In this document: positions 11,611-23,852 of the stretch, one piece after another
Layout: every line of letters starts with the position of its first letter
How positions within the stretch are numbered: the first letter of the stretch is position 1
Origin: Marsupella aquatica
Lineage: Eukaryota; Plantae; Marchantiophyta
Length of the DNA stretch: 64,000 bases
NCBI GenBank assembly: GCA_973895155.1
Contig: OZ316898.1
Location: 2,083,927-2,147,926 of the forward strand
Direction: 5' to 3'
Translations under genes and position numbers: made by a program
The notes under the pieces: model-generated
Database searches by the model: none
Seen by the model: the letters and a program-made list of their open reading frames with translations, nothing else
What the model was told of the DNA's origin: nothing

Positions 11611-12513
11611 ATGGCTAGATTTGGAGGAGTGAAATTTGAGGTGGAGCAGTATGATGGTCGTACTGATTACTTGCTCTGGGAGAAGCAAGTGAAGGGTGTT
11701 CTACGGGCCATGGGCTTAGCTCATCTGCTTTCATCGCGAGAGCAGTATGATGGAGAGGAGGAGATTTCAGTGAGGCAATGGAGACAGGAGCAGGTGATTG
11801 CTGTCAATGTAGTGATGCTATATCTCAAGCCGCACATCATCAAGCAGCTAGATGATTATGCGGATTGCGCGTCACTATTCAAGGCTCTAAGAGAGAAGTA
11901 CTACCGGGAAGATGCGTCAGACCGGCTGTACAAGAAGTCTCTCTTGATGAGCCTTAGGCTCAAGGAAGGGAGCAAGATGCAGGATCACTTGGATGAGTTT
12001 GACAGTCTAGCGGTTGATCTGTCAAACCTGGGAAAAGGAGTTGAAGATGAGGATAAGGCCTTGCTTCTGCTAAGCTCCTTACCGCCGTCATATCAGGGCT
12101 TGAAACAGGTGCTCTTGTACAGAGATTTGAAGTCCATTTCGTATAATGAGGTGGTAAGCTCTTTACTGTCTGATGATGCTCAGAAGAAGCTCGGTCAATC
12201 ACAAACAGCATCTTCTTCTGGCACTGCGCTCAATGTGAACAGGGGAAGAGCAACGCAGCGTACAAATGGGCAGAACAGGTTTAGATCTACATCACGGGGG
12301 AGATCTAAATCCAGAGGAAAATTGCAAGAGAGGAAGCCTCTTGCATGTAAATCCAGAGGAAAATTGCAAGAGAGGAAGCCTCTTGCATGTTGGAATTGTG
12401 GCAAGCCACGCCACATGAAAAGGGATTGTCGAGTAAAGGTCCCTACTGTCTCTGCTAACGCAGCATCAAGCTCGTATGAGGTAGATTTACTCGATGATGA
12501 TGACATATTGTGA
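11611..12513 (+). CDS. gag: Copia Gag protein
   Basis: 'KFEVEQYDGRTDYLLWEKQVKGVL', UBN2-like 'DKALLLLSSLPPSY' and zinc knuckle CWNCGKPRHMKRDC. Confidence 0.9.
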   Translation: MARFGGVKFEVEQYDGRTDYLLWEKQVKGVLRAMGLAHLLSSREQYDGEEEISVRQWRQEQVIAVNVVMLYLKPHIIKQLDDYADCASLFKALREKYYREDASDRLYKKSLLMSLRLKEGSKMQDHLDEFDSLAVDLSNLGKGVEDEDKALLLLSSLPPSYQGLKQVLLYRDLKSISYNEVVSSLLSDDAQKKLGQSQTASSSGTALNVNRGRATQRTNGQNRFRSTSRGRSKSRGKLQERKPLACKSRGKLQERKPLACWNCGKPRHMKRDCRVKVPTVSANAASSSYEVDLLDDDDIL

Positions 12514-15500
12514 TGTCAAGGTTATGCTCTCAACGTAGTGTCAAATCCAGGTAGTGATGATTGGATTCTAGATAGTGCATGTACTTTTCACATTTGCTCT
12601 AGAAGAGATTGTTTCAGTTCTTACACGGTTTCCAACGGGTCAGTGTTGATGGGAAATGAAATCCCATGTCAAGTTGTTGGACTTGGATCTGTAAGATTTC
12701 AGATGTCTGATGGTGCTGTGAGAACATTGAGGAATGTGAGACATATTCCCAGCATGATGAAAAATCTCATTTCACTTGGAGTTTTAGAGGCAAATGGCCA
12801 TCAATGGAGTTCTGCTAATGGTGTCCTTCAGGTTTCAACTGGTACTAAAGTTGTATTGAAGGGAAAGAGACATTGCAATCTATACGTTATGGAGGGCAGT
12901 GTAGTCTATGATGAAGCCAATGTAACCTTATCTCATGAGGAGACGGCCCGGCTATGGCACTTCCGTTTGGGCCACATGAGTGAAAAAGGTTTGGTTATTC
13001 TTCAGAAGAAAGGATTACTTTCTAATTTGCAATCTTGTAAGTTGGAATTTTGTGAGCACTGTGTGCTAGGGAAGCAGCACAGGAAACCCTTCGGAGTTGG
13101 AACTCACACCAGCAAGGAGGTACTTGAGTATGTACATAGTGATGTGTGGGGTCCCGCCCTTACTCCCTCACATTCTGGACGGTTATACTATGTCACGTTC
13201 ATTGACGATACTCAAGGTATGTGTGAATATACTTTCTACACAATAAGTATGATGTTTTTGCCACTTTTAAGGAGTGGAAAGCCCAAGTTGAAAATCAGAC
13301 TGGTAATAAGGTGAGATATCTTCGATCGGATAACGGCGGTGAATATAGTTCCGATGAATTTGGAACGTATTGTAAAGAGCAGGGGATTACCCGCCATCTC
13401 ACAACAAGCTATACTCCTCAACAGAATGGTGTTTCTGAGAGACTCAACCAAACACTATTGGACCGCTTGAGGAGTATGTTGAGTCAATCATGCTTACCAC
13501 ATGAGTTTTGGGCTGAAGCTGTCAATACTGCAGCTTATTTGGTAAAATTTTCTCCATCCAGTTCTATTGGATTCAAGACTCCATTTGAAATGAGGTACGG
13601 GCGTCCAGCAGATTACTCACATCTGAGGATTTTTGGATGTGATGCTTATGTGCTTACACCTTCCCAGCTTCGATCCAAGCTGGAGTCCAAGTCGAAGTAC
13701 TGCATTTTCCTTGGTTATCAGAAAGGTGTGAAGGGTTATAGGTTATGGGATCCAGTAACCTGTAAGCTAATTGTCAGTAGAGATGTGTCTTTTAATGAAT
13801 CTAGATCATCAAAGGAGGGGGAGAGTTCTCAGGACTCCCATACTGACAAGGGGAAATCTCCCATCCCGGACCGGGTTGAGGGGGAGATTAGTCATGATGC
13901 AGTTCATGACAGGAGAGATGGAGAAGCTCCGGGCTTGGAGCTGGTTCCTATGATGGAACAAGAGGAGAAAATTGTTGTTGGGGTACCTAAAATTCAACCA
14001 GCAGTAGCAACAGATCAGCCTGAGTCATCTACTAGAAGAACTTCAAGTCTTTCTACTAGAGCTCCTACCAGGTATGGTCAATGGGCAGACTCATCTAAGC
14101 TAGATGATATTGACATTGCACCTGATGAAGATGATATGGCTTTGATCTTGGAAGAAGGAGAGCCTTCTTCGTATAGTGAGGCTTGTGCTTCAGAGCAGAA
14201 GCATGAGTGGAATGCAGCAAATGCAGAGGGAGTTGCAATCTTTGAGTGACAACAAGACATGGGAGCTGGTGGAGCTTCCAAGAGGTCAACAAGTGGTGGA
14301 CAGCAAGTGGATTTACAAGTTGAAGGACAGTCCTTCAGAGGGTGGAGATAAGATCTACAAGGCAAGGCTTGTTGCCAAGGGGTTCACTCAGGAGAAAGGA
14401 GTGGATTACAATGAGGTCTTTTCACCGGTGGCTAAGTATTCCACAATTCGGATCTTGTGTCAGCTTGTTGTGTTTTTTAATCTGGTGATGGATCATATGG
14501 ATGTTGTTACTGCTTTTCTCTATGGCAACTTGGAAGAGATGATCTTCATGAGACAGCCACTAGGCTTTATGAAGAAGGGCCAAGAGAACTTAGTTTGCAG
14601 ATTGCTCAAATCCTTGTATGGATTGAAGTAGTCTCCCAGACAGTGGAACAAGCGGTTTGATGATTTCATGCTTGCTCAAGGTTTTACAAGGATGGTGTAT
14701 GATCCTTGTGTGTATACAAAATTAGTCAAGAATGATGTATTTGGTTTCATCATTCTGGTGATCTATGTGGATGACATGCTAATTGTGGCTAAAGATCAAT
14801 CTGAGGTTGACAGTCTCAAGGCAAAATTGAGCGCTGAATTCAAGATGAAGGATCTTAGTAAGGCCAAGAGGATCTTAGGGATGGAGATTTTTAGGAACTC
14901 TGAGACTGGACAGTTGTGCTTGAGTCAAGGCCAGTATGCGAGGAAAGTACTTGCACGAATTCAACATGAAGAACTGTAAGCCAGTGAGTATTCTTTTAGC
15001 TTCACATTTCAAGTTATCATTGGCTTTCTCTCCTACAGATGTTGTGGAGAAAGGTCTGATGGCTAAGATTCCTTATGAGAAGGCAGTAGGCAGTCTAATG
15101 TATTTGATGACTTGTACTAGGCCTGACTTGGCCCTAGCGATGGGCAAGGTTAGCAGATTCATGTCAAATCCAGGGAAGGTACATTGGGAAGCTGTGAAAT
15201 GGATTCTCAGGTATGTGAAGGGAACACAGGACTATGGATTACTATTTGATAACAGATCAAATAGAACGTTAGTTGGCTATGTAGATTCTGACTATGGAGG
15301 CTGTCTGGATACAAGGAGATCTACAATTGGGTTTGTATACACTCTTGGAGGAGGATGTATCAGTTGGAAATCTACCTTGCAGAAGTGCATATCTCAGTCT
15401 ACTACAGAAGCAGAGTATGTTGCAGTAGCAGAAGCTGCAAAGGAAACAATTTGGTTGGATAAGTTGATCGCGGAGATGGGTTTAGAGCATGGAAAAATGA

Positions 15501-15733
15501 CTCTAAACTGTGATAGTCAGAGTGCTCTTCACTTGGCTGCTAACCAAGTGATGGATAGCAAGGTGAAGCACATTGATATCAAGTACCATTTTATCAGGCA
15601 AGCAGTGTCTGATAAAACTTTTGAGCTAGTCAAGATTGATGGAAAGCTCAATCCCGCTGATGCCTTTACCAAAGTGATTCCTTTGGAGAGTTTCTCAAGA
15701 CACCGTGCTACTTTGCAGGTTTTGCAGTTGTAG
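12514..15733 (+). pseudogene. pol: Copia Pol (protease, integrase, reverse transcriptase, RNase H) with frameshifts and stops
   Basis: WILDSAC (PR); WHFRLGH...CEHC, HSDVWG and RSDNGGE (INT); KARLVAKGF and YVDDM (RT); YVDSDY and KHIDIKYHF (RH). Frame breaks near 13210, 14220 and 14955; TAG at 14629-14631. Confidence 0.93.
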
Positions 15734-15940
15734 TGCAAGTAGAGTTATTTAGCAATGTGTGACTATTTGTATATGGATTACTCATTCCTGTTAGGCTACA
15801 GCTTAGTTCTAGTTAACCCTTAGTTAACCCTTGTGGTTTTTAGGGGGAGACCTGGTTTGGTGATTGTCTAGAACTTCCCGCTGAGAATTCCATATGGTAG
15901 CATTTAGTCCAGTCCCCAAGACAAGAGTCAAGGGGGAGTT

Positions 15941-16284
15941 TGTTAGATATTGCTCTAGTCTTGTAACTCTTGTGCTAACCACAGTTAGGCTAACTCGAGT
16001 TAGGACTTAGCTAAGGTTAGCGGTAGTGCTGTTGTGCATATAGCCAGGGCTAATGCCAGACCCTGGTGGAACTTAGGCTCATTGTTACGGAGCTAGTTGA
16101 GAGATAGGAAGAGCTTGTGCTGTGGATGCTTGGTATGGCCGGTCGGCCTAGAGTGCAGTAAAGCTCTTGTGTGTTCCCGTGGACGTAGCCTCATGTGGAG
16201 GTGAACCACGTATCTCTCTATGTCGACTATTGTGCGTTGGATGGTTCATGGGCTTGCCGTTGCGAATGTCGTCTATGCTCAACA
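15941..16284 (+). repeat. 3' LTR
   Basis: Near-identical to 9564-9907 and preceded by a polypurine tract. Confidence 0.97.
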
Positions 16285-19031
16285 ACAACCAGAACATAAA
16301 CCAAAACACATGTTGAAATCACTTGGTTTGTAGATCATAAATATGAATTTTAAATACATTGCCACTAAACATGTTTGAATTTGAAATACTGCCATGATTT
16401 TTATTGTTTTTACAAAAATACCACGGGTGTCTGTATATAGCTCCCCTGGTGACCTTGGGGAACTTGTCATCCATATACAAACCCTTGGCATTTTTATAAA
16501 TATAAAAAAATCATGGCAATATTGTCAATTAGAACATCTTTAGTGACAAAGAGCTTAAAAGCTCCTCAAAAATATAGTGTATTAGTTTATGTTATGGTGT
16601 ACGCACCGCTTTAACTTGATGTAGATTTAACACAGTGTTATATCATATCAGTACCCACATGTCTCCGTACCCACATGTCCCAACCTTGGAGTGTACGTCA
16701 AATTCCTGGTCAATTTTGACTATTGTGGTAAGTTGCTCATGTATTTATAATTATGGAAATAGTAGGTAAGACATGAGTCATGGGTTATTTCCGCTGCTGT
16801 AAAGGAAACTTGTTTTTCAAGCCTAGGAAAAGGGCAAGCTAGGACTATTGTGTTCAGTTAAGCTGTGAAAGATGTAGATTATGAGGGTCTTTAGAATCAC
16901 ACAGATCACCATGACATAACTTACACCATAGTTGAGTTAAACAAAAGATGTATGCCAGGGATGTATGACCAAAGGAAGGTTTCTATAACTCAAAACATCT
17001 ATCCTAACCGTCATTCATGGCTGAGTGAAACAGATATATAATTATAGCCAAAGCAAATTAAGGCACTACCGGTTTAAAAAAATGAAAAATGAAAATATAA
17101 TAAAATATAATAAAATAAAACAAAAAATACAAAGGCATTCCGGGTAATTTTCACACTCATTTGCATGTCAGATGTGACAATATATTGTGTACTATGTCAC
17201 TCCATACCACAAAAATCCAATTATTTTTGTTCGAAATCACATTTTTCTAGATATGTATATATCTGGCTTTTGATATTTGGTCTGCAATTATGGGAGGCAA
17301 AAGTTAGTATGACCTAAACATGTGTCTCACTATTTGTGGCAGTAAACTTTAGTTAGCTGGAGACTCGAAAGGGATGCTCCCATAGACCAACCCTGTGAAC
17401 TATGGAACCCCCATGGACTGTGACACCTTTACACCTTCACTCATTGACATCCTTATCATACCAAAATGTTTGAAATAACAAAGTTGGACCTTTGATAGAG
17501 ATTTTTGTAAAACTAAGAGGACCATCACTAACAGCCGTTTCACTCCACCCTCAGATATAAGTTACGTATGCCTCAAATTTTGTAGGGTGTGTTTGTCTTG
17601 TGTACAGTGCATGGTATGGAATCTCATCCTCTTGTGTAATCTCGTCCTCTCGTGTACCATTCATAAACATTCTCATTGAGAATTGAGAGACTTACAAATT
17701 TTCAGAAGATGACTTTTGTTTTTTGCCACAATTGACTTATGTGTGTAATCTGTACTATGGAAGCAAAAAAAGAGTTTTGTTGCAGTTGATCAGGGTTGCA
17801 AAAATACATCCAAGCCTTCTTGTAAAAGTGGAGGTCCATATGGGCTCTAATTACTGGAGACTTGAAGTGGCAGTCTGGTCCATCCTTGAAAAGATCCCAC
17901 TAGAAGTGCCCTCATGTCAATTCTTGCAAGGTCCCACCAGAAGTGCCCAACCGGTCAATCCTTGTACATTTATTTTGTTGAACCGTCGCTAGCCATATAA
18001 AAGGGGAAAGTGTCCAAGAGTTCTCATTTTTTAACATTTCACTCATTTCTGTCCTCTACTTTGCCATTTTGCTCCACAATTTCAAGAAAATGATACTATA
18101 AATCAATGGTGAAACCTGGTGAATCCTGTTTTGTAATGGCTAGTGGTGGTTCAAGCTAAGCATCAACTTTTGCGTTGACTGAGAATACTCATCACTTGGC
18201 TTCAATATATTGTGTATGGTATCACTCCATACCATGATAAACCCAATTCTTCTGTTTAAATCACCCAGTGTTCTTCTAAATAAGTACATGGCTGTAGATT
18301 TCAGAAGTGCAATTAGGGGGACACCACCCATTCCTCAAGGGAATAGGTGCATCAATTTTGTGGAATGAAACTCCAGATGCTGATACACATATTAGTGATT
18401 CATTGATAGTCAATAAGTAAGTGGGATCACCTATCATGCAAACCAGATAACCTAACAGTTTCAATCTGCTGTCTTCCTATCGGTACAATTAGAGATAGCC
18501 ACTTCAATACGGCTGTTGACTAAGTACTGTACATATTTTAAGTACTGCAAAGAACAAAAGCTTTACACAAGGATCGGATTAGAAATACAAGGAGTCCAAT
18601 AAAAGGGGGAAGATAAAGAAGAACATAATCCAAGAAAACTGTAGAGCCAAAAAGCCCAATAGTCCCAAACAATGCTTAACAACGACAACAAGGGCTAGAG
18701 CTCCACTTAGAGAGTCTCCAACAGTAGCCTAGGTAAATTGGCCCCACCAAGTGGGGAAGGATGGCAAAGAGCTGCGTTCCCACCGCTGGCCCCCGTTCCT
18801 ATTACGTTAGTGGTCGATATACTTGTTTGGTCTAGTACCCTGGCTTCCACATTTTGGGGCAGTGGCAATATTTAGCGAGACAAGTCCCTGCTGGCTTTCC
18901 AACGTACGCTGCCCACATGCTGCCCCGCTCACTGCCCGCCAAAATCCACAAATACATATTTTTTCTAAGGGTCACACAAACTTAGTATGAACCTCACTTT
19001 TGGGTGGGTTTGTGTAAAAAGCTAAAAGCAT

Positions 19032-19090
19032 AGGGATTTGAACCCAACACCACTGCCTCCACACTAGCATGACCGACCACTATGCCACAG
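19032..19090 (-). other. tRNA-derived (SINE-like) head with Pol III A and B boxes
   Basis: The minus strand reads TGGCATAGTGG (A box), about 30 nt, then GGTTCAAATCC (B box). No full cloverleaf is evident. Confidence 0.45.
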
Positions 19091-19228
19091 TGAAAGAGGA
19101 ATTTTTGGTACTTGTCCACTTTTCAGTGTGGATACTTCAAGCACGGCCAATGGGGTGGGAAAGTCATTAATGTCTATGACCTACCACTATGCCAGAGCCT
19201 ACAGCGAAGGAGAAATGTTTGGTACTTA

Positions 19229-19785
19229 GGAGGACTTTACAATAAGTGGGGGCACTTGGGAGTTTTTTTTACCAAAGCAAACTGGATGGCCATTGCACAC
19301 ACTAAATATAGTGTCCCGGGGCTAAAAGCAATTTTTGAGTCCTTTTATTGCCCCCAAGGTCTTGTAAAGCCAAGTGCAGCCAATGGTGCCAGATTAATTG
19401 ACTAAAAGACAGATTGAGGACCCACTCCACTTGAATGTCACCTAATCTTTGGCTAAAGTCTTTGTAAATGTGAGAAGAGAATATCTTATGAAGGACTTGT
19501 GGGTCACTTTTTATTACAAATGACTTAAAATAGAAATGGACCAAGCAGTTAGAAGAAGAGACCACCAAGAGAGGTGGTCTAAAATCTAAGACAAAAGAGT
19601 GCTCCACATAAGCAAAAATTGGGCCCCATTGTATTCCATGTAGGATTGGTAACAGGTTCGGTTGAAAGTGCCCCCAAGGTTTTGTAAAGTGAACAACAGC
19701 AATTTCTCTCAAATGGATGGCCTTGATCAGATCTTGGATACAAAAAAAATGTAAAAACTGCCCCCAACTTCTTGTAAAGCCACCC
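19229..19785. mobile_element. Tourist-like (PIF/Harbinger) MITE, copy 1
   Basis: Degenerate TIRs ggaggactttacaataag and cttcttgtaaagccaccc; TSD TTA; internally homologous to 25808-26370. Confidence 0.7.
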
Positions 19786-21919
19786 TTATTCACTTTTGAG
19801 TGTGGATACTTCAAGCACGGCCAGTGGGTAGGGAAAGTCTTTCAGGGCCAGTTGCCTTGAATGCGGCAACCTGTGGACTCTGCCCCCATCCTGACCTCCT
19901 TTTCCCATCCATAATTTCAAAGCAATATTTACTCACGTCACAAGATTCTGGGTATGCCTGGAACCTTAACCAGACATGGCTTACACACCCAGAGCCAAAC
20001 CCAGAGCCAAATCTGTACAGGCACGGCATTCCCTTTATGCAGACTACAGCCTTTGCACCTAGAGTGTTATGGAATATAGCTAGCCATCGGGTGGGTTTGA
20101 CCAAAATATAGCTAGCCAGATCGAAATAAAGCAAATTCAAGACTTTGGTAGTCTCTGTGGGTAGGGAATATGGACAACAGAACAGTGTGGGAACGTGGGG
20201 TACCGCATTATTCTCTGATTGAAAATAGTATTGTCATTTGGAAGACCCTCTGCACCCGTTTCTGAATGCAGTATAATATCTTCAACAAAAGTCGAGGAAA
20301 TTGATGAAACTGCATATCAGAGAATTGGAGAGGAAAAGAAGCACAATCGGATGTGAAGAGCTCGAGCCTAGCCTCAGGTCCTCCACGATCGATACACCAA
20401 GATCAAAGAGTAGTAAGTTCATCAATATGGAACAAAATGCTGGGGTCGAGGGCAGAAGTCTAGGCTATGCTTCTGATTTGCTACGGTACTCGACGTCTAC
20501 AAGCGTTCTACTGCTTGTTGGAGTGTTGACTCTCGTGATTGGCGTGGTGAGCTATGGATCGTGGAGGAAGAAGATTACCAATTTGCCACCGGGGCCCCGC
20601 AATTGGCCAGTCATTGGAGCCCTCTTGGAGATGGAGCCGCTCTTCTACAGGACCTGCGAGAAATTCTCAACGAAGTACGGGCCCGTCGTGTTCTTCCGCT
20701 TGGGAGTTCAATCCATGGTGGTGGTGTCCTCCGGCGAGGCTGCAGAACAGCTTCTGAAACACAAAGACGCGGAGTTTTGCCACAGAACCACCGCAATGAC
20801 CAGATCTGCTGTGAAATACGTAGCGATCGGTGGAAAAGGCCTTCCGTTCTCGAACTACGATGCTGAGTACAAACTGCACAGAAAGCTCCTCGTTACGGAG
20901 AATTTCACCTTGGCAAAGCTCAAGACATCCGAGAAGATCCGGACCCACGAGATGGCAGTCATGGTGGAGACGATAGTCAGCGTAAGCCGGAGCAGTGGCC
21001 ATAGTTCCAAAGTTAGCGAAGAAAATAGTATCACTTCGCCGATTGGCATGCGGTCCACTGTAATGACCATGATCCAGAACATCTTGTTTTCGCTGGCCGT
21101 CGGCAAGAGGTTCGATAGTTTGCCGCCCACGGACAAGCTGAGGGTATTCCCGGAATTGTTGGACAGGCTACTGAAGATCTTCATGGAAGTGAACTTGGTA
21201 AGACAAAGTTCACAGTAGAGCAACAAGCATGGATATCTGAAACATAAGATCATGAATCCTGTTTTTCTTAGTCATATGGTCTGTTTAAGAATTGTCATTC
21301 TGACGGAAACCTCCATAGCTGTTCAATTAAGGTGACAATTCTTTCTAACCCTGAGATGTACTGAACGGCTCCACTGTGCTCCTACGCAGCTAGAAATGAA
21401 ATGAGCTGCTTTTTGTTCTCATCAATTATTGACCTCCAAAGGGTGGCCATTAGGCTAGAGTGTATCAATTACGCGTCTCTTTCCGCTCGAACACCTTGTA
21501 ATCGAGCTAAATTCGATGTGAAGGGTTTTCTATGCCATGGATGATTGCCGAAACACTACCGACGTACAGTGGTCTGCCTGTTTCCGATGAACTACAATGA
21601 ATACAGGACGTAGACTTGTGCATCGTGAGCAGGATTCGCCACGCAATTTGTAATTAACAACTCATATTGCGGCTGTCCGGGTGCAGGTAGATTTGTTCCC
21701 ATGGTTGACGTGGTTTGATCCGCAAGGGTTGGTGAAGATGATGGGAAAGTTTAGCAAAGACCAGAGTCAATTCTACGATAATCTATTCGAGGCGACCAGG
21801 CGAGAAATGAAGCATAAGAGTGAGTCCGGAATTTGGAACGATGCCGACGAACGAAGCTCGGACCGGAGTCTCGTGCATGTTCTTCTCAGGGCTCAAGAAG
21901 AAGGTCAGCTAGACTCATA

Positions 21920-23400
21920 TAAATACTAGCACAATATACGGAGCCAAGATGGAGGGTCGCCCAAGATGTCATGTAGCCCAAGATATAGAGAAGAAAAAAT
22001 ATGTTGTGTGGCCTAAGATGCAGGGAAGAGAAAAGATATCCGCAAGGAAAAAAATGTACTCTTGTCCAAGATGTCATGAAGAAAAAAGATGTATTGTCCA
22101 AGATTTGGTGAAGAAATTAAGATGATGTCTTGTTGCCCAAGCTAACATAAAGAGGAACAATGTTGTGTCCCCCAATATGTAGTGAAGCTTACTGTCTTGG
22201 CTTTGGCAACCCCAATGCCAAGACCCCTTGGGGCAACGAAATGGCTTGGCTGCCTTTTCTTCGAGAAAATGAGGGTTACATCTCAAGTTTTAGGTAGTTA
22301 TTGTTTTATCATATATAGCCCAATGCTTGCGCGTTGAGTTAAAGATGTTTATGTGAGAAAAGATATATGTTGAGGTGAGAGAAAATGTTGAGGTGACGAA
22401 AAGATGTCAAGGTGAAAAAGATGATGTCAATGAGAGAAAGAGATGTTGAGGTGAAAAAAAGAAGTCGATGTGAAAAAAATTCATGAAAGAAAGAGAGGTC
22501 AAGGCAAGGCAAGGACAAGATTTATGGATGAAAAAAATTTGTAAATGACAGAAAAAATGTTGAGGTGAGGGAAAAATGTTGCACTGAGGGAAAAATGTTG
22601 CAATAAGATACATATGTCAAGGTGAGAAAAAGGTGAGAGGTTGAGATGAGAAAAGATGGTGAGGTGAAGAAAAGAAGTAAAGATGAGTAAAAGATATCGA
22701 GGAGAGGAAAAACGTTTAGGGTGAGAAAAAATGCTAGAGGCAAGATAAAGATGTCAATGTGAAAAAATAAGCGAGATAAGTAACGATGTCAAAGTACGGG
22801 TTGTGGTGATGTTCAATAAAATGTGTGTTGCACAGACGCAAGATAACGTAACAGTGCTTGCAGGTCCAAACACAACCAAGTATCATTTATTATCAAGTTT
22901 GTCCAAAAATCTAAAATGAATATCCAATTTTTTAAATTCCAATTTTACTTATTAATTATTTTCAATTAAATTTCCATCTTGGTCAGGTTTGAGCAAGAGG
23001 CAATTGAGATTTAAAGGGCCGGGTATGGATGGATCTATCTGACGGTGTCAAGAAAATGATTTTTAATAAAGGTTTATGATTAGTTCACATTTTTGATTGA
23101 GTTTGTCAAGGGAGGTCTACTTAACCCTAGTTAGTTGATACTGCCCTCCTCATTTTCTTTGGCTTGTTGTATCTCTTCTTGCTTGGAAACCTTGCACTTC
23201 ATTTTCATTCAGAGTAAATTAAATGTTCTTTTTGCTTTATTCCTTATCTTTGCTTAGATTTTTATGTTTGTCATTTAAAGTACACTGCAAATTTGAAAGA
23301 TGACCACTCTATAAAATGGTGCACCCTTGTATTATAGTATTTCATAAATAAATAAATAAATAAGTAAATTTTTCTTTTGTCAAGAAATTTAAATAATTAG
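21920..23400. repeat. Copy-1-specific intron insertion with purine-rich low-complexity repeats
   Basis: Absent from the matching intron of copy 2; contains many aaaagatgt(t/c)gaggtgag-like units at about 22340-22800. Confidence 0.6.
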
Positions 23401-23775
23401 GGTAACATGTGAAGACAACAACCGTGTATAAGTGCACCCACGGGTCCCGGCCAAGGGAAGAAGGGCTACCATGCACTTCTGCACTCTGCCAAGGTTACTT
23501 GAAGGGCATCACTTCGTGAAATTCCATCTGAATATATAGGTCGCCACATATCTTGAGTCTCATTAGCCACTTTCCTACACAAGGAATATTCTTAGCATCT
23601 CCCCCTTAACATGATGCAGCATTTGCCACCCAGGAGAATGTTTCAGTTGTTAACAAGCACCTTGCACTGTGCTATAAGTACACACTACCTTATGCACTTC
23701 CCCATATATCCCCGGTCTTGATTAATTATGCTATTAGTAGTTCAATACCTGTTTGTCACAAAAATTGTCAAGTTA

Positions 23776-23852
23776 GGAGGACTTTACAAAAGGTCCAGGG
23801 CACTTGGGAGTTTTTTTCAGCTGGCCATTGCACACACCAAATATAGTGTCCC
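23776..23852 (+). mobile_element. Fragment of the same Tourist-like MITE in P450 intron 2
   Basis: ggaggactttacaaaagg...gccattgcacacaccaaatatagtgtcccg matches 19229-19318. Confidence 0.7.

Larger units (their letters stand above)
9564..16284 (+). mobile_element. Ty1/copia LTR retrotransposon, full length, coding region disabled
   Basis: 344-bp TG...CA LTRs; 5-bp TSD ACAAC (9559-9563, 16285-16289); PBS at 9910-9921; PPT AGGGGGAG at 15931-15938; domain order gag-PR-INT-RT-RH. Confidence 0.97.
9370..16915. mobile_element. Degenerate palindromic (foldback/MITE-like) element interrupted by the copia
   Basis: After removing the copia, the left arm (about 9370-9563 plus 16290-16440) is the reverse complement of about 16465-16915. 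Example: gtacaaccagaacataaaccaaaacac versus the reverse complement gtacaccataacataaactaatacac. Confidence 0.6.

Noticed and set aside
20301-20426. Upstream extension of the P450 ORF
   Set aside because: The ATG at 20427, shared with the paralog (27055), precedes the membrane anchor and is the likelier start.
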